From assembly GCA_963730185.1 (NCBI GenBank), contig CAVSQW010000012.1:192001-256000 (forward strand): a stretch of 64,000 nt of DNA, in the 5' to 3' direction. Made by a program: the position numbers and the translations under genes. The stretch's first letter is position 1, and every line of letters begins with the position of its first letter. The notes under the pieces are model-generated. The model did no database searches and was not told where the DNA came from. It saw nothing but the letters and a program-made list of their open reading frames with translations. This DNA comes from an uncultured Gemmatimonadales bacterium. Lineage in GTDB: Bacteria; Gemmatimonadota; Gemmatimonadetes; Gemmatimonadales; GWC2-71-9. Of this stretch, positions 19,321 to 30,002 are shown piece by piece.

Positions 19321-22300
19321 TCAGGGCACCGCCGAGCGGCTGGGCACGATCACGTATTCGATCCCGAGCCGCCGGGCCAGGGCGTTGATCGCTCCCAGGT
19401 TCTCGTCGAGCAGGCGCCGGAGCTCACCCAGGTCACCATCGAGCTCCTTCCCCTGCTCGGCGAACACCTCCCGCATCCCCTGGGTCGGCGCGCCGTCGCC
19501 CTCGAGGGCCCAGGAGTAGAGCGGCACCAGCCGCGAGTAGAGCTGCGTGCCCCCCTTCATCGCCAGGATGTCGTAGGTCACTTCCGCAGCCGGGTTGTGC
19601 ATCCGGCTCTCGAGCGAATCGAGCCGGACGATCAGGTCGGCCCCCTGCTTGACCAGCTCCTTGGCCGCCGCGTTGTCGGCCAGGGTCTCGTTCCGGGCCT
19701 CGAGCTCGGCCCGCACCTCGCGGAGCCGCTCGACGCCGTCGGCGAGTCGGTTCAGCGCATCGCGGAGCTCCCGCGCGAAGGCCAGCTGCGCGGCCCGCGT
19801 CTCGGCCGTGACCTCCACCCGGGGGTCGGGCTTGACCGTGACCGTGACCGACCGGGACACGCTGTCGGTGGAGAGACGCAGGGTATAGACGCCCGGGAGG
19901 GCCGAGGCGCGATCGGCGGGGTCGCCGGTGTCGATCATGCCGTTCTTGATCCGCTGGGCGCCTTCGACTCGGAGGTCCCACGCCACCCGCTGGAGGCCGG
20001 GATCGGTCTTGAGCTCGGGCTTGGGCTCCTCCTCGTACTCGCTGTAGCCGACCTTGGGCTTGGCCACGCTGCTCAGGGTGCGGATCACCCGACCGGTCGG
20101 GTCGAGCACCTCGAGCTTGAGCTCGCCCTTGGGCTGATCCTTCAGGTAGTAGGTGAGCAGGGCGCCGTAGGGCGGGTTGTCTCCGGCCGGGCCGTTACCG
20201 GCCCGCTCCCGGAGCCGCCACTGGATCGCCTCCCGAGGCGCGAACAAGTGCATCGGCTCGGCGGCCAGGGCGGGCGACCACTCGCGGATCGGGGTCAGGT
20301 CGTCGAGGATCCAGAGCCCCCGGCCGTGGGTGGCGAGCACCAGGTCGGGACCCTTCACCACCAGATCGTGCACGGCGACGGTCGGCAGGTTGAGCTTGAG
20401 GGGGAGCCAGGTGGCGCCGCCGTCGGCCGAGAACATCACCCCCCGCTCGGTCCCGAGATAGAGGAGCCCGCGCTTGGCCGGGTCCTCCCGGACGGCGTGA
20501 AGGTAGACGTCCTTCGGGAGGCCGCCGTCGAGCCGCTTCCAGCTGGCGCCGTAGTCGGTGGTCCGGTAGAGGTAGGGGCGCATGTCGTCGAGCCGGTGGG
20601 CGTCGACCACCACGTAGGCGGTGGCGGCGTCGAACGGCGAGGGCTCGATCAGGCTGACGGTGCCCCACTCGGGGAAGCCCGGCATCGCCCCGGTCACGTT
20701 CTTCCAGCTGGCGCCGCCATCCCGGGTTACGTGAACCAAGCCGTCGTCGCTCCCCGCCCAGATCAGCCCCTTTTGCGCCGGCGACTCGGCCACGGCGAAG
20801 ATGGTCCCGTAGAACTCGACCCCGGTATTGTCGCCGGTGATCGGGCCGCCGGCCCACTGCTGCTTGGACTTGTCGTTCCGGGTCAGGTCGCCGCTGATGG
20901 CGGTCCAGGTCTGGCCGCCGTCGGCGGTGCGGAAGAGCACGTTGCTGCCGTGGTAGATCACGTTCGGGTCGAACGGCGAGGCGGCGATCGGCGCCGTCCA
21001 CTGGAACCGGTACTTGGCGTCCTCGGCTCCGTGCCCGCTCGGGTTCTCGGGATAGGCCGAGACGTTCCGGGCCTGGCCGGTCCGGTCGTCGTAGCGGGTG
21101 ATGATCCCCAGGTACTCGCCGGCGAACACGATGTTCGGATCGTCGGCCCGGGCGACGATGTATCCGGCCTCGCCGCCGCCCACGCCCCGCCAGAGGGCGT
21201 TCGTGATCCCGCCCCGGCGGAGGCTGTTGCTGGGCCCCTCGGTGGTTCCGATGTCCTGGAGCGCACAGGCCACCTGGTAGGGCACCCGGTTGTCCGCCAT
21301 CACGTGATAGCACTGGCCGATCGGGAGCGGAGGCATCAGCCAGGTTTCGCCGCCGTTCACCGAGATCGGGGCCCCGCCGTCGTTGGCGACGATGATCCGG
21401 CGGGGGTCGAGCGGGTCGATCCAGACGTCGTGGTTGTCGCCGTGGGGGACGTTCTCGACGAAGGTGAGCGTCTGACCGCCATCGATGGTCTTGACCATCG
21501 GGACCTGAGGGAACCAGACCACGTCGGGGTTCTTCGGATCGACGGTCAGGGTCGAGTAGTACCAGGCCCGTTGGCGGACCTTGTGCGACCGGTTGATCCG
21601 GGTCCAGGAGTCGCCGCCATCGTCGGAGCGGAAGAGGCCGCCGCTGTCGGCCTCGATCAGGGCGTAGACCCGTCGCCCGTCGGACGGCGCCACGGCCACG
21701 CCCACCTTGCCCCAGATGCCGTCCGGCAGCCCGCCCCCGGTGAGCTTCTTCCAGGTGTCGCCGCCGTCTCGGGAGAGATAGAGGCCGCTGCCGGGGCCGC
21801 CGCTCTTCAGGTCCCAGGGACTCCGCTTGGCCTCCCAGAACCCGGCGAAGACGATGTTCGGATTGGACGGGTCGAGCGCCACGTCCGAGGCGCCGGTGCT
21901 GTCGTTCTCGAACAGCACTTGTTGCCAGGTCTTGCCGCCGTCCTTGGTGCGGTAAACCCCGCGCTCGTGATTGGGCCCGAAGGCGTGGCCGAGCACCGCC
22001 GCGAAGGCGACGTCGGGGTTGGTCGGATCCACGACCATCGTCCCGATCTGCCCCTCCTGCTTCCACACGTGGGTCCAGGTCTTCCCGGCGTCGGTGGACT
22101 TGTAGATCCCGTTCCCGGCGGCCACGTTGCCGCGAATGTTGGCCTCACCGGAGCCGACGTAGACCACGTTCGGGTTGGACCGCGCCACCGCGATCGACCC
22201 GATCGACGAGATCGGCTGGTCGTCCCAGACCGACTTCCAGGTCTGGCCGCCGTCGGTGGTCTTCCAGACACCGCCCGAGGCGCTCGCGGCGTAGTAGGTG

Positions 22301-22491
22301 GTGGGATCGCCGGCCACACCCGCCACCCGACTTACCCGCCCACCCCAGTAGGGGCCCACCAGCCGATACGACAGTCCCTTGAAGGCCGCCGGCTGCTCCG
22401 GCGGAGGAGCAGGGACGGGCGATTTGGCTTGCGCGACGAGCAGGCTGGGAACGAAGAGACACGCGACGACGAGTGACGGACGGCGGATCAT
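19321..22491 (-). CDS. Secreted VPS10/BNR-repeat (sortilin/xyloglucanase-like) glycosyl hydrolase
   Basis: Signal peptide; many S/T-x-DGG-x-TW Asp-box repeats; C-terminal helical region. Confidence 0.9.
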   Translation of the reverse strand: MIRRPSLVVACLFVPSLLVAQAKSPVPAPPPEQPAAFKGLSYRLVGPYWGGRVSRVAGVAGDPTTYYAASASGGVWKTTDGGQTWKSVWDDQPISSIGSIAVARSNPNVVYVGSGEANIRGNVAAGNGIYKSTDAGKTWTHVWKQEGQIGTMVVDPTNPDVAFAAVLGHAFGPNHERGVYRTKDGGKTWQQVLFENDSTGASDVALDPSNPNIVFAGFWEAKRSPWDLKSGGPGSGLYLSRDGGDTWKKLTGGGLPDGIWGKVGVAVAPSDGRRVYALIEADSGGLFRSDDGGDSWTRINRSHKVRQRAWYYSTLTVDPKNPDVVWFPQVPMVKTIDGGQTLTFVENVPHGDNHDVWIDPLDPRRIIVANDGGAPISVNGGETWLMPPLPIGQCYHVMADNRVPYQVACALQDIGTTEGPSNSLRRGGITNALWRGVGGGEAGYIVARADDPNIVFAGEYLGIITRYDDRTGQARNVSAYPENPSGHGAEDAKYRFQWTAPIAASPFDPNVIYHGSNVLFRTADGGQTWTAISGDLTRNDKSKQQWAGGPITGDNTGVEFYGTIFAVAESPAQKGLIWAGSDDGLVHVTRDGGASWKNVTGAMPGFPEWGTVSLIEPSPFDAATAYVVVDAHRLDDMRPYLYRTTDYGASWKRLDGGLPKDVYLHAVREDPAKRGLLYLGTERGVMFSADGGATWLPLKLNLPTVAVHDLVVKGPDLVLATHGRGLWILDDLTPIREWSPALAAEPMHLFAPREAIQWRLRERAGNGPAGDNPPYGALLTYYLKDQPKGELKLEVLDPTGRVIRTLSSVAKPKVGYSEYEEEPKPELKTDPGLQRVAWDLRVEGAQRIKNGMIDTGDPADRASALPGVYTLRLSTDSVSRSVTVTVKPDPRVEVTAETRAAQLAFARELRDALNRLADGVERLREVRAELEARNETLADNAAAKELVKQGADLIVRLDSLESRMHNPAAEVTYDILAMKGGTQLYSRLVPLYSWALEGDGAPTQGMREVFAEQGKELDGDLGELRRLLDENLGAINALARRLGIEYVIVPSRSAVP

Positions 22492-22691
22492 GAGCGCTGG
22501 CCTCGCAAGTGAAGCTCCAGCCATGGATTGACGAGCTGGGATGTGATAGGCGCGCCGGGCGCGCGGAGGGAATATACCGGATGGTCGCGTGGGGCATGGG
22601 CCGCTTCGCCGGCGGGCTCCCCGACTCTGGCCGGAGGGGTCGGCTGAGCCAGCCTGCGACGCCGGCTAGTCGCCCCGCATCCAGGCCGAAT

Positions 22692-23400
22692 ATGCCCAGG
22701 CGCGCCCCCGTCGTTGCCGCGACCCTCGCCCTCCTCGTGCTGGCCGCCCGGCCGCCGGCCTCGGCCGCCCAGGCCATTGGGGAGCGCCGACTCGCCCACC
22801 CGGACGCGGTCTTCCCCGAGCCCTTCTCCCTCATTCGGGGTCTGCGCGAACTGTCCGACGGCCGGGTCCTGGTCGCGGACTGGATCGACGAGCGGGTCGC
22901 CGTCGTCGATTTCGCCCGGGGCACCGCCACCACCATCGGGCGGACCGGCCGGGGTCCGGCGGAATACCGGCTGCCGTCGAGGCTGATCGCCCTTCCCGCC
23001 GACACCACGCTCCTGATCGACGAAGGCAACCAGCGTCTGACGCTGATCGGTCCTGATCTCAAGATCGGCGCTGCGCTCGGGCGTCCCCAGGACGCCTGGT
23101 CGGTGGCCCCGGACGGCGCCCTGCTGCTGCTCCGCTCGCTCGACTACCACCTGGAGCGAAAGGGCCCCGGCGGATCGCGATCGGGCCAATCGAACCCCTA
23201 CCCGACTCGGGCGGTCTCCGACGCCGACAAGACTTGGTTCGTCCGTCGCTTTCTCGCCACCAGTGCAATGAGCGGCCGGGGAGGCGACGGCGGCATGGGA
23301 CACACGCCGAGCGAGTTGCAGACCGCGGAAGCCGTGGCGCGAATCGTCCGGACCAACGAGTTCGCGCCAGAACTCGCTCGAGCGTTATCGGCTCTGAAAC
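22692..23400 (+). pseudogene. Degraded 6-bladed beta-propeller gene (3' end approximate)
   Basis: Signal peptide, RELSDGRVLVAD, GRTGRGPAEY; jumps to QDAWSVAPDG and loses protein-like character after FAPE. Confidence 0.5.
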
Positions 23401-23460
23401 CGCCCCACCCAGGCGATCGTCGGGTGAGGAACACCGCTCTCTCGCCGACGACGAGTCCCA

Positions 23461-24000
23461 ATGCACTTTGTCACTCTATTGCTCATCTGGCTCGCGATGG
23501 CACCGACCGTCGGGGTCCAACGGCCGGCGCCGCCCGCCTGTGCCGACGACCCTGCGTTCCATCGGCTGGACTTCTGGCTCGGCAGCTGGCTCGTGACCAG
23601 CGGCGGCCAGCAGGTCGGCACCAACCGGATCGAAGCAGTGCTCTCCGGCTGCGCCGTTACCGAGTCTTGGCGCGCGGCCGACGGGAGCGAAGGCCGGAGC
23701 CTCTTCTACTATCTCCCGTCGGCCAAGCAATGGCGCCAGGTGTGGGTCACCGGTGCCGCCACGGTGCCGGGCGGGGTCAAGGAAAAGCGGATGATCGCCA
23801 CCTTGCCGGACGGCTCGGTCCGGTTCCAAGGTGAGATTGGCCTGCCCGACGGACGGAGCTACCTGGACCGGACGACGCTCACCCCCCTGCCCGACGGCCG
23901 GGTCCGCCAGCTGATCGAGGTGTCGCATGACGGCACGGCGTGGAAGGTGGGGTTCGACGCGATCTACACCCGGGCCAACGGCGCGACGCCGCCCGGCTGA
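23461..24000 (+). CDS. Secreted hypothetical protein (DUF1579-like)
   Basis: Signal peptide; C...LDFWLGSW, GCAVTESW, WRQVWV, S.DG..W...FD..Y. Confidence 0.8.
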   Translation: MHFVTLLLIWLAMAPTVGVQRPAPPACADDPAFHRLDFWLGSWLVTSGGQQVGTNRIEAVLSGCAVTESWRAADGSEGRSLFYYLPSAKQWRQVWVTGAATVPGGVKEKRMIATLPDGSVRFQGEIGLPDGRSYLDRTTLTPLPDGRVRQLIEVSHDGTAWKVGFDAIYTRANGATPPG

Positions 24001-24080
24001 ACCTCAGGACCGCTCGGGGCGGGCGTCGGGGAGCCGACGCCGGGTCAGGCGGAACGAGGCGTCGCGGAGTCGGTGCCGGG

Positions 24081-24941
<861 letters not shown>

Positions 24942-24955
24942 GGGGTCGACTCCCG

Positions 24956-27757
24956 TCAGCCGAGGTTACGGCGGTGGAGGGCTTCCTGGACCACCCGGAG
25001 CGCGCCCGGCCGGACGCGAAAGCCCGGCCGGATCGGATCGGGCTCGATGATCTCCCGGGCCAGCAGATCGTCGAGCTCGGCCCGGCTCGCGGCTCGGGTC
25101 CACTGGAAAACCGTGGCGTGCTCGTCCGCGGTCAGGCTGCCGTGCTGCATGATGGCCACCAGAGTGAAGAGGTCGTCCTGGTCCATCCCGGCGATCACCG
25201 CGCCGATATCCGGCGCCGAGATGGCTTTCATCACCAGGGTGCCCGCCTCGACGGCCTCGATCTGTCCCAGCCAGATCTCGAAGGCGGTCCGGAACACGCC
25301 GGCGGATTCCCGGGCCAGCCGGGCGAAGAAGATCTCCTCGGGGTCGCCGGCCCGTTTGAGCCGGCGGCGCAGGGCCGCCCCGATCGAGCGGTCGGCCAGG
25401 GCCGGCGTGAACCGGAGCCGGAGTCCCGAGAGGTTGTGCCGGACCAGGATGGCCTGGCGGATCGCGGCCGCCGGTGTCATCGCGACGTCGATCCGGTGGG
25501 AGAAGAGGTCGCCCAGCCGGACCGCCGCGTCGAGCAGCCGGAACGCCTGCTGGTTGGTCACCAGGACCCAGAGCGTGCTCCCCGAGGTGGCGGCGATGAT
25601 CCGCTCCAGCTCCCGGACGCCGTCGAACCCGCCCACCGAACGGAGGAAGGCCCGTTCCATCTCCTCCAACACCAGCACCCGGCGGGTGCCGCTCATCTCC
25701 GCTTCGAGCCGGGCCGGATCGCCCACCCCGAGGAGCTCGGCCAGAAACGAGCGCACCCCCGCCGGCGATGCCAGCCGACCGTTGAGCTCACCCCGGACCA
25801 CGTCGAGCCCGGCGAGCGGCCGCTGGAGAGCGCAGTTGATCAGGCTGGTCTTGCCGCTCCCCCGCTCGCCCACCACCAGGATCGCGACCGGCCGGTCGGC
25901 CTCCCAGAGCGTTCGGGCCTCGGCCAGGGCCCGCATCTCCAGGTCGCGACCCACCAGAAAGCGGGGATCGTCCACCGCGTCGATCCGGAACAGCCGGCGA
26001 TAGATGGCCGGAAGCTCCTTCTCGCGCGGGTCGAGGATGAACTCGCGGGGCAGATAGGCCCGCCGGACGACGTCGGTCGCCTCGCCGGTCTCCTCGGGCA
26101 TCCACTCGATCGCGATCAGAAAGCGGCGATAGAGGGCGCCCAGCCCCTGGCGCCCGAGCCGGAGACCCTGCCTCGCCCCCGCGACCACCGCCGCCGTCCC
26201 GGCCACGACGGCCTGCCGGAGCCCCAGCCGGCCCAGGTGCGCGAACACGCCGAGCCGGCTCCGGCTCAGCAGGAGTCGGTTCTCGTGGAAGAGCCCGGCC
26301 AGCGTCCTGGCGATCCGCTCCCGCTCGCCGACCAGCTCCGCCGGCACGGTTTGCCGCTCCACCTCGAGGAGGGAGCGGGCATTCTCCAGCGCCTCGCGGG
26401 CCACCGACGCATCGGGGGCGTCCGACGCGCCCCGGTCCACGCCGGCGCCGAATTCCACCACCTGCCGGGCCCGCTCGATCTGCTGGAGCAGGCTCACGTC
26501 GACCGCCTCGGCGTCGGTGAACAACCGTTCCAGCCCGGCCCGCCCGGCCTCGTCGAAGGCCTCGCGGGCCATCCGCCGGGGCTCGAGCACCCGCCAGGGG
26601 ATCTTCCGGAACGGCGCTTCCTCGAGCCGACGGAGGACCCGGACCTCGGCCGGCATCGCGTCGACCAGCGAGTTGGCGCCCGACGCCAGGTCGTTCAGGC
26701 GGCTCAGCGCCGGCACCACTTCGGGCACCGGCCGGGGTGGGGTCTGGTCGTCACCGGCCAGCGAGGCGCGGAGCCACCCCAGGAAGGCATCCATCCCCTC
26801 GAGCAGACCCCGTCGCTCCGTCTCGAGCGCGCCCGCGGCCCGCTCGCCCTGCGCCAGCATCCCGCGCTCCAGCTGGTCGATCGCGGCCTCCAGCCGAAGC
26901 TCCGCCTCGACCGACCCGAGTTGGGCCGACCAGTGCTCGAAGTGACGGGTTCGATCCGACCGCTTGGCGCGGGGTGTCCGGCCCCAGGCCACCGCGACCG
27001 CGATCCGCCGCTCGACCACGCCGGCCACCATCCGGCACCAGTCGCCCAAGTCGCCCAGCGCCGCGGCGACCTCCCGATCGAGCTCCTCGAGAGTCGGGAT
27101 CGGCTCGCCCTCGATGGGACGAATCGTAGGCTCGCGCACCCCGGCGTCGAGCCCGTCGCGGACCCGATCCCAGTGTCGCCGCACCAGCTGCGCGGCCCGG
27201 GTGAACGCCATCGCGCACCGATCCTCGACGTCGAGCTGGCGGGGCTCCGAGCGGTGAAGTCCATCGGCGACCAACGCCTGGAGAGCCACCGAGCGGGGCG
27301 CCTTCCGCCAGCCGACCACTCGTCCGCTCAATCCCCGGAGTGCCGGCGGGGTCAGGACGCCTCCCACCTCGGGTCCGCGGGTCATGAGTCGGGTGGGAAG
27401 CCGCCGGATCAGGTCGTCCAGGCCCCGGTGATAGCCCTCCATGGCGAGAATCGTCCGGCGGAGCGGACCGAGGCGCTCCCAGCGGGCGACCGCCTCCTGG
27501 AACGCCCGGCGGCTGGCATCCTCCCGCTCCCGGATGAACCGGGCGAGGACCGAGCCCGTCCCGTCGGCGGTCGGGGCCGGCGCCGCCTGCTGCTCCTCCA
27601 GAATCAGCCGGAGGCGCCGCCAGCTCTCCGCCAGCTCGCGCTCGAGCAGGGCATGCAGGGAGCCGAGCCCGGCGGTGAACTGCGACCACTCGCGGGCGAA
27701 CTCCGACGGGGACGGCGGGGTCTCGGACGAATCGGCCATCGACTCCGGGAGGGTCAT
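24956..27757 (-). CDS. Large helical protein with C-terminal P-loop (AAA-type) ATPase
   Basis: FLVGRD.E, Walker [10 protein letters not shown], Walker B-like LVLEE; long helical N-terminus. Confidence 0.8.
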   Translation of the reverse strand: MTLPESMADSSETPPSPSEFAREWSQFTAGLGSLHALLERELAESWRRLRLILEEQQAAPAPTADGTGSVLARFIREREDASRRAFQEAVARWERLGPLRRTILAMEGYHRGLDDLIRRLPTRLMTRGPEVGGVLTPPALRGLSGRVVGWRKAPRSVALQALVADGLHRSEPRQLDVEDRCAMAFTRAAQLVRRHWDRVRDGLDAGVREPTIRPIEGEPIPTLEELDREVAAALGDLGDWCRMVAGVVERRIAVAVAWGRTPRAKRSDRTRHFEHWSAQLGSVEAELRLEAAIDQLERGMLAQGERAAGALETERRGLLEGMDAFLGWLRASLAGDDQTPPRPVPEVVPALSRLNDLASGANSLVDAMPAEVRVLRRLEEAPFRKIPWRVLEPRRMAREAFDEAGRAGLERLFTDAEAVDVSLLQQIERARQVVEFGAGVDRGASDAPDASVAREALENARSLLEVERQTVPAELVGERERIARTLAGLFHENRLLLSRSRLGVFAHLGRLGLRQAVVAGTAAVVAGARQGLRLGRQGLGALYRRFLIAIEWMPEETGEATDVVRRAYLPREFILDPREKELPAIYRRLFRIDAVDDPRFLVGRDLEMRALAEARTLWEADRPVAILVVGERGSGKTSLINCALQRPLAGLDVVRGELNGRLASPAGVRSFLAELLGVGDPARLEAEMSGTRRVLVLEEMERAFLRSVGGFDGVRELERIIAATSGSTLWVLVTNQQAFRLLDAAVRLGDLFSHRIDVAMTPAAAIRQAILVRHNLSGLRLRFTPALADRSIGAALRRRLKRAGDPEEIFFARLARESAGVFRTAFEIWLGQIEAVEAGTLVMKAISAPDIGAVIAGMDQDDLFTLVAIMQHGSLTADEHATVFQWTRAASRAELDDLLAREIIEPDPIRPGFRVRPGALRVVQEALHRRNLG

Positions 27758-27768
27758 GGGGTCGGAAG

Positions 27769-29115
27769 CTATGGGCGGGAGCGAGCCGGCTCAACCTGGC
27801 GGCGCCCGGTCGAGGTTTCGTCCTTGACGACCCGGCCACCCTGCATCACGAACGGGATCGACGCCAACCGATCCAGGTCGGCCCAGTCCGATCCTGGAAC
27901 GGCGACCAGGTCCGCCAGCTTGCCCGGCGCGATCGACCCCACTCGCTCGGCCCAGCCCATCAGCCGGGCCGCCTCGATCGTGGCCGATCGAATGGCCTGC
28001 ATCGGCGTCATGCCGTACCGAACCATGTAAGGGAGCTGGCGGGCGTTCCAGCCGTGGGGATAGACACCGGCGTCGGTCCCGTACGCGATCTTGAGGCCCG
28101 CCTGGACCGCCTTCCGGAAGGCTTCCCGCTGGGTCTCGGTCGTCTCGTCGTTCTTACGGAGCGTCTCAGCCGGCCAGCCGTCGCGCCGGCCCTGCGCGGC
28201 GATGTAGTCGCCGTTGTAGATGTCGGCCACCAGCCAGGTGCCGTGGGCCTTCATCGAGGCGATGCCGGCGTCGTCGAGAAGCGAGCCGTGCTCGATGGCC
28301 CGAACCCCGGCCCGGACGGCGTTCGCGATGCCCTCGGCGCCGTGCGCGTGGGCGGTGACGTAGGTGCCCCGCGCCGCGGCGACCTCGACCGCCGCGCGGA
28401 TCTCCGCCTCGGTGAGCTCCGGCTCGCCCGGCTCGGTGCCGACGGTGAGCACCGCGCCGGTGGCGATGACCTTGATGAAGTCGGCCCCGCCGTCGAGGAT
28501 CGCCGCGACTCGCTCGCGGGTCTCGGCCGGATTCCGCACCACGCCGAACCGCATCTCCGCCGGCACCGCGACGGTGGTGTCGCCCGTGACTTCGCCGCCC
28601 CCGCCCGGCACGGTGACGTAGGCCCCGGCCACGCTCATTCGTGGTCCGGGCACGAGCCCTTTGTCGATCGCGTTCCGGAGCGCCACGTCGATGAAGGCCC
28701 GGTAGGTGCCGACGTCGCGCACCGTGGTGAACCCGGCCATCAGGGTGGCCCGGGCGTTGGCCGCGCCGAGCAGCGCGTCGTCCGCGGCGGAGGCGTGGAG
28801 GGGCGCCAGCGGGTCGGCCGCCTGAATGTCGCCGACCAGATGGGTGTGGACGTCGATCAGACCGGGATACACCGTCGCCCCGGAGAGATCGATGACCCGG
28901 GCCCCGGCCGGCGGCGCGGCCGAGCCGGGGAGCACGGCCGTGATCCGCTCGCCCCGGACCACGATCCACCGATCGGACAGTACCCGGCCCTGCTCCACAT
29001 CGACCAACCGGCCGGCCCGGAGCGCGACCACTTGAGCCCGGGCCGGCCGGGCCACCAGGAGGGCCGCGAGCGCCAGGCCGAGTCGGGGGACGAGGACGTG
29101 GAGCGGGGCGGGCAT
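27769..29115 (-). CDS. Secreted amidohydrolase (Xaa-Pro dipeptidase-like)
   Basis: PGLIDVHTH, GFTTVRDVG, AHAHG, IEHG, GTDAG. Confidence 0.9.
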   Translation of the reverse strand: MPAPLHVLVPRLGLALAALLVARPARAQVVALRAGRLVDVEQGRVLSDRWIVVRGERITAVLPGSAAPPAGARVIDLSGATVYPGLIDVHTHLVGDIQAADPLAPLHASAADDALLGAANARATLMAGFTTVRDVGTYRAFIDVALRNAIDKGLVPGPRMSVAGAYVTVPGGGGEVTGDTTVAVPAEMRFGVVRNPAETRERVAAILDGGADFIKVIATGAVLTVGTEPGEPELTEAEIRAAVEVAAARGTYVTAHAHGAEGIANAVRAGVRAIEHGSLLDDAGIASMKAHGTWLVADIYNGDYIAAQGRRDGWPAETLRKNDETTETQREAFRKAVQAGLKIAYGTDAGVYPHGWNARQLPYMVRYGMTPMQAIRSATIEAARLMGWAERVGSIAPGKLADLVAVPGSDWADLDRLASIPFVMQGGRVVKDETSTGRRQVEPARSRP

Positions 29116-29132
29116 CGCGCGCCAGCCGACGC

Positions 29133-30002
29133 CTAACGTCGGAGCAGAGGGCGGGTCAGGCAGGTCGGGCCGCCCTCCGCCTTGAACGAGATCTCCCGCC
29201 CCCGATAGGTCCTGACCCGGCAGCCGGCCGCTTCCAGCAAAGCCCGGGTCGCCGGGTTCTCCTCCAGCATGAGGCAGTCCCGCGGCCCCAGCGCCAGCAC
29301 GTTGCTGGCCTGGGTCGGAAACTCGTCGAGCGGGACCGGCACCAGCCCAACGCCCCGGTGCCGAAGCTCCTGGTGAAACGGAACCGGCAGGAGATCGAGG
29401 CGGACCACGGCGAGATCCTCGTCGAGCAGGCTGATCAGCGACTTGAGGTGGAGACAGGCATCGGGACCATCGCCGTACGGGAGCGGGACCGGCAGGATCG
29501 CGACCTCCGGGCCCAGGAGCTCGCCCAGCTGGCGGACCCCTTCGGCGTTGGTCCGGAAGCCGAGCCCCACGGCCAAGGTGTGCTCGTCGAGCCAGAGCGT
29601 ATCCCCCGCTTCGAGACTCGCGGCGCCCCCGAGCCGACCCAGGACCGCGACCCCGGCCGACTCGAGGGCGACACCCAGGGCCTCCGGCTCGGGCGCCCGA
29701 AGCGGCTTGCCCATCCGGAGCAGGACCGCGCCGCGATCGGTGATCAGGGCCGGATCGTAGACGTAGATGGCATCCGCCAGCCCCGCCAGCGGCGCGTCGT
29801 GGCGGACCACCTCGGCGCCCGCCTCCTCCAGCACGGCCACGAGCGCGTCGTGCTCCCGCCGGGCCCGCTCGAGGTCGGGCCGGCCGCGGTAGTGCCAGGC
29901 GAGCGGGTCGGCCGCCCCGAAGGCTTCGTCGGGGCGGCGGACCAGCACCCGGCGGAGCGGCAGGTACTCGCTCTGCCCTCCGTAGCCGGCCTCGCCGGTC
30001 AT
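29133..30002 (-). CDS. Amidinotransferase / dimethylargininase (arginine deiminase superfamily)
   Basis: YGGQSE, DAIYVYD, EAGD, RTN, CLHL, EGGPTCLTRP; ATGA overlap. Confidence 0.88.
   Translation of the reverse strand: MTGEAGYGGQSEYLPLRRVLVRRPDEAFGAADPLAWHYRGRPDLERARREHDALVAVLEEAGAEVVRHDAPLAGLADAIYVYDPALITDRGAVLLRMGKPLRAPEPEALGVALESAGVAVLGRLGGAASLEAGDTLWLDEHTLAVGLGFRTNAEGVRQLGELLGPEVAILPVPLPYGDGPDACLHLKSLISLLDEDLAVVRLDLLPVPFHQELRHRGVGLVPVPLDEFPTQASNVLALGPRDCLMLEENPATRALLEAAGCRVRTYRGREISFKAEGGPTCLTRPLLRR

Noticed and set aside
16981..22476. 1831-aa plus-strand ORF
   Set aside because: Antisense shadow of the kinase and VPS10 genes; stop-poor frames are expected at high GC and it has no recognisable motifs
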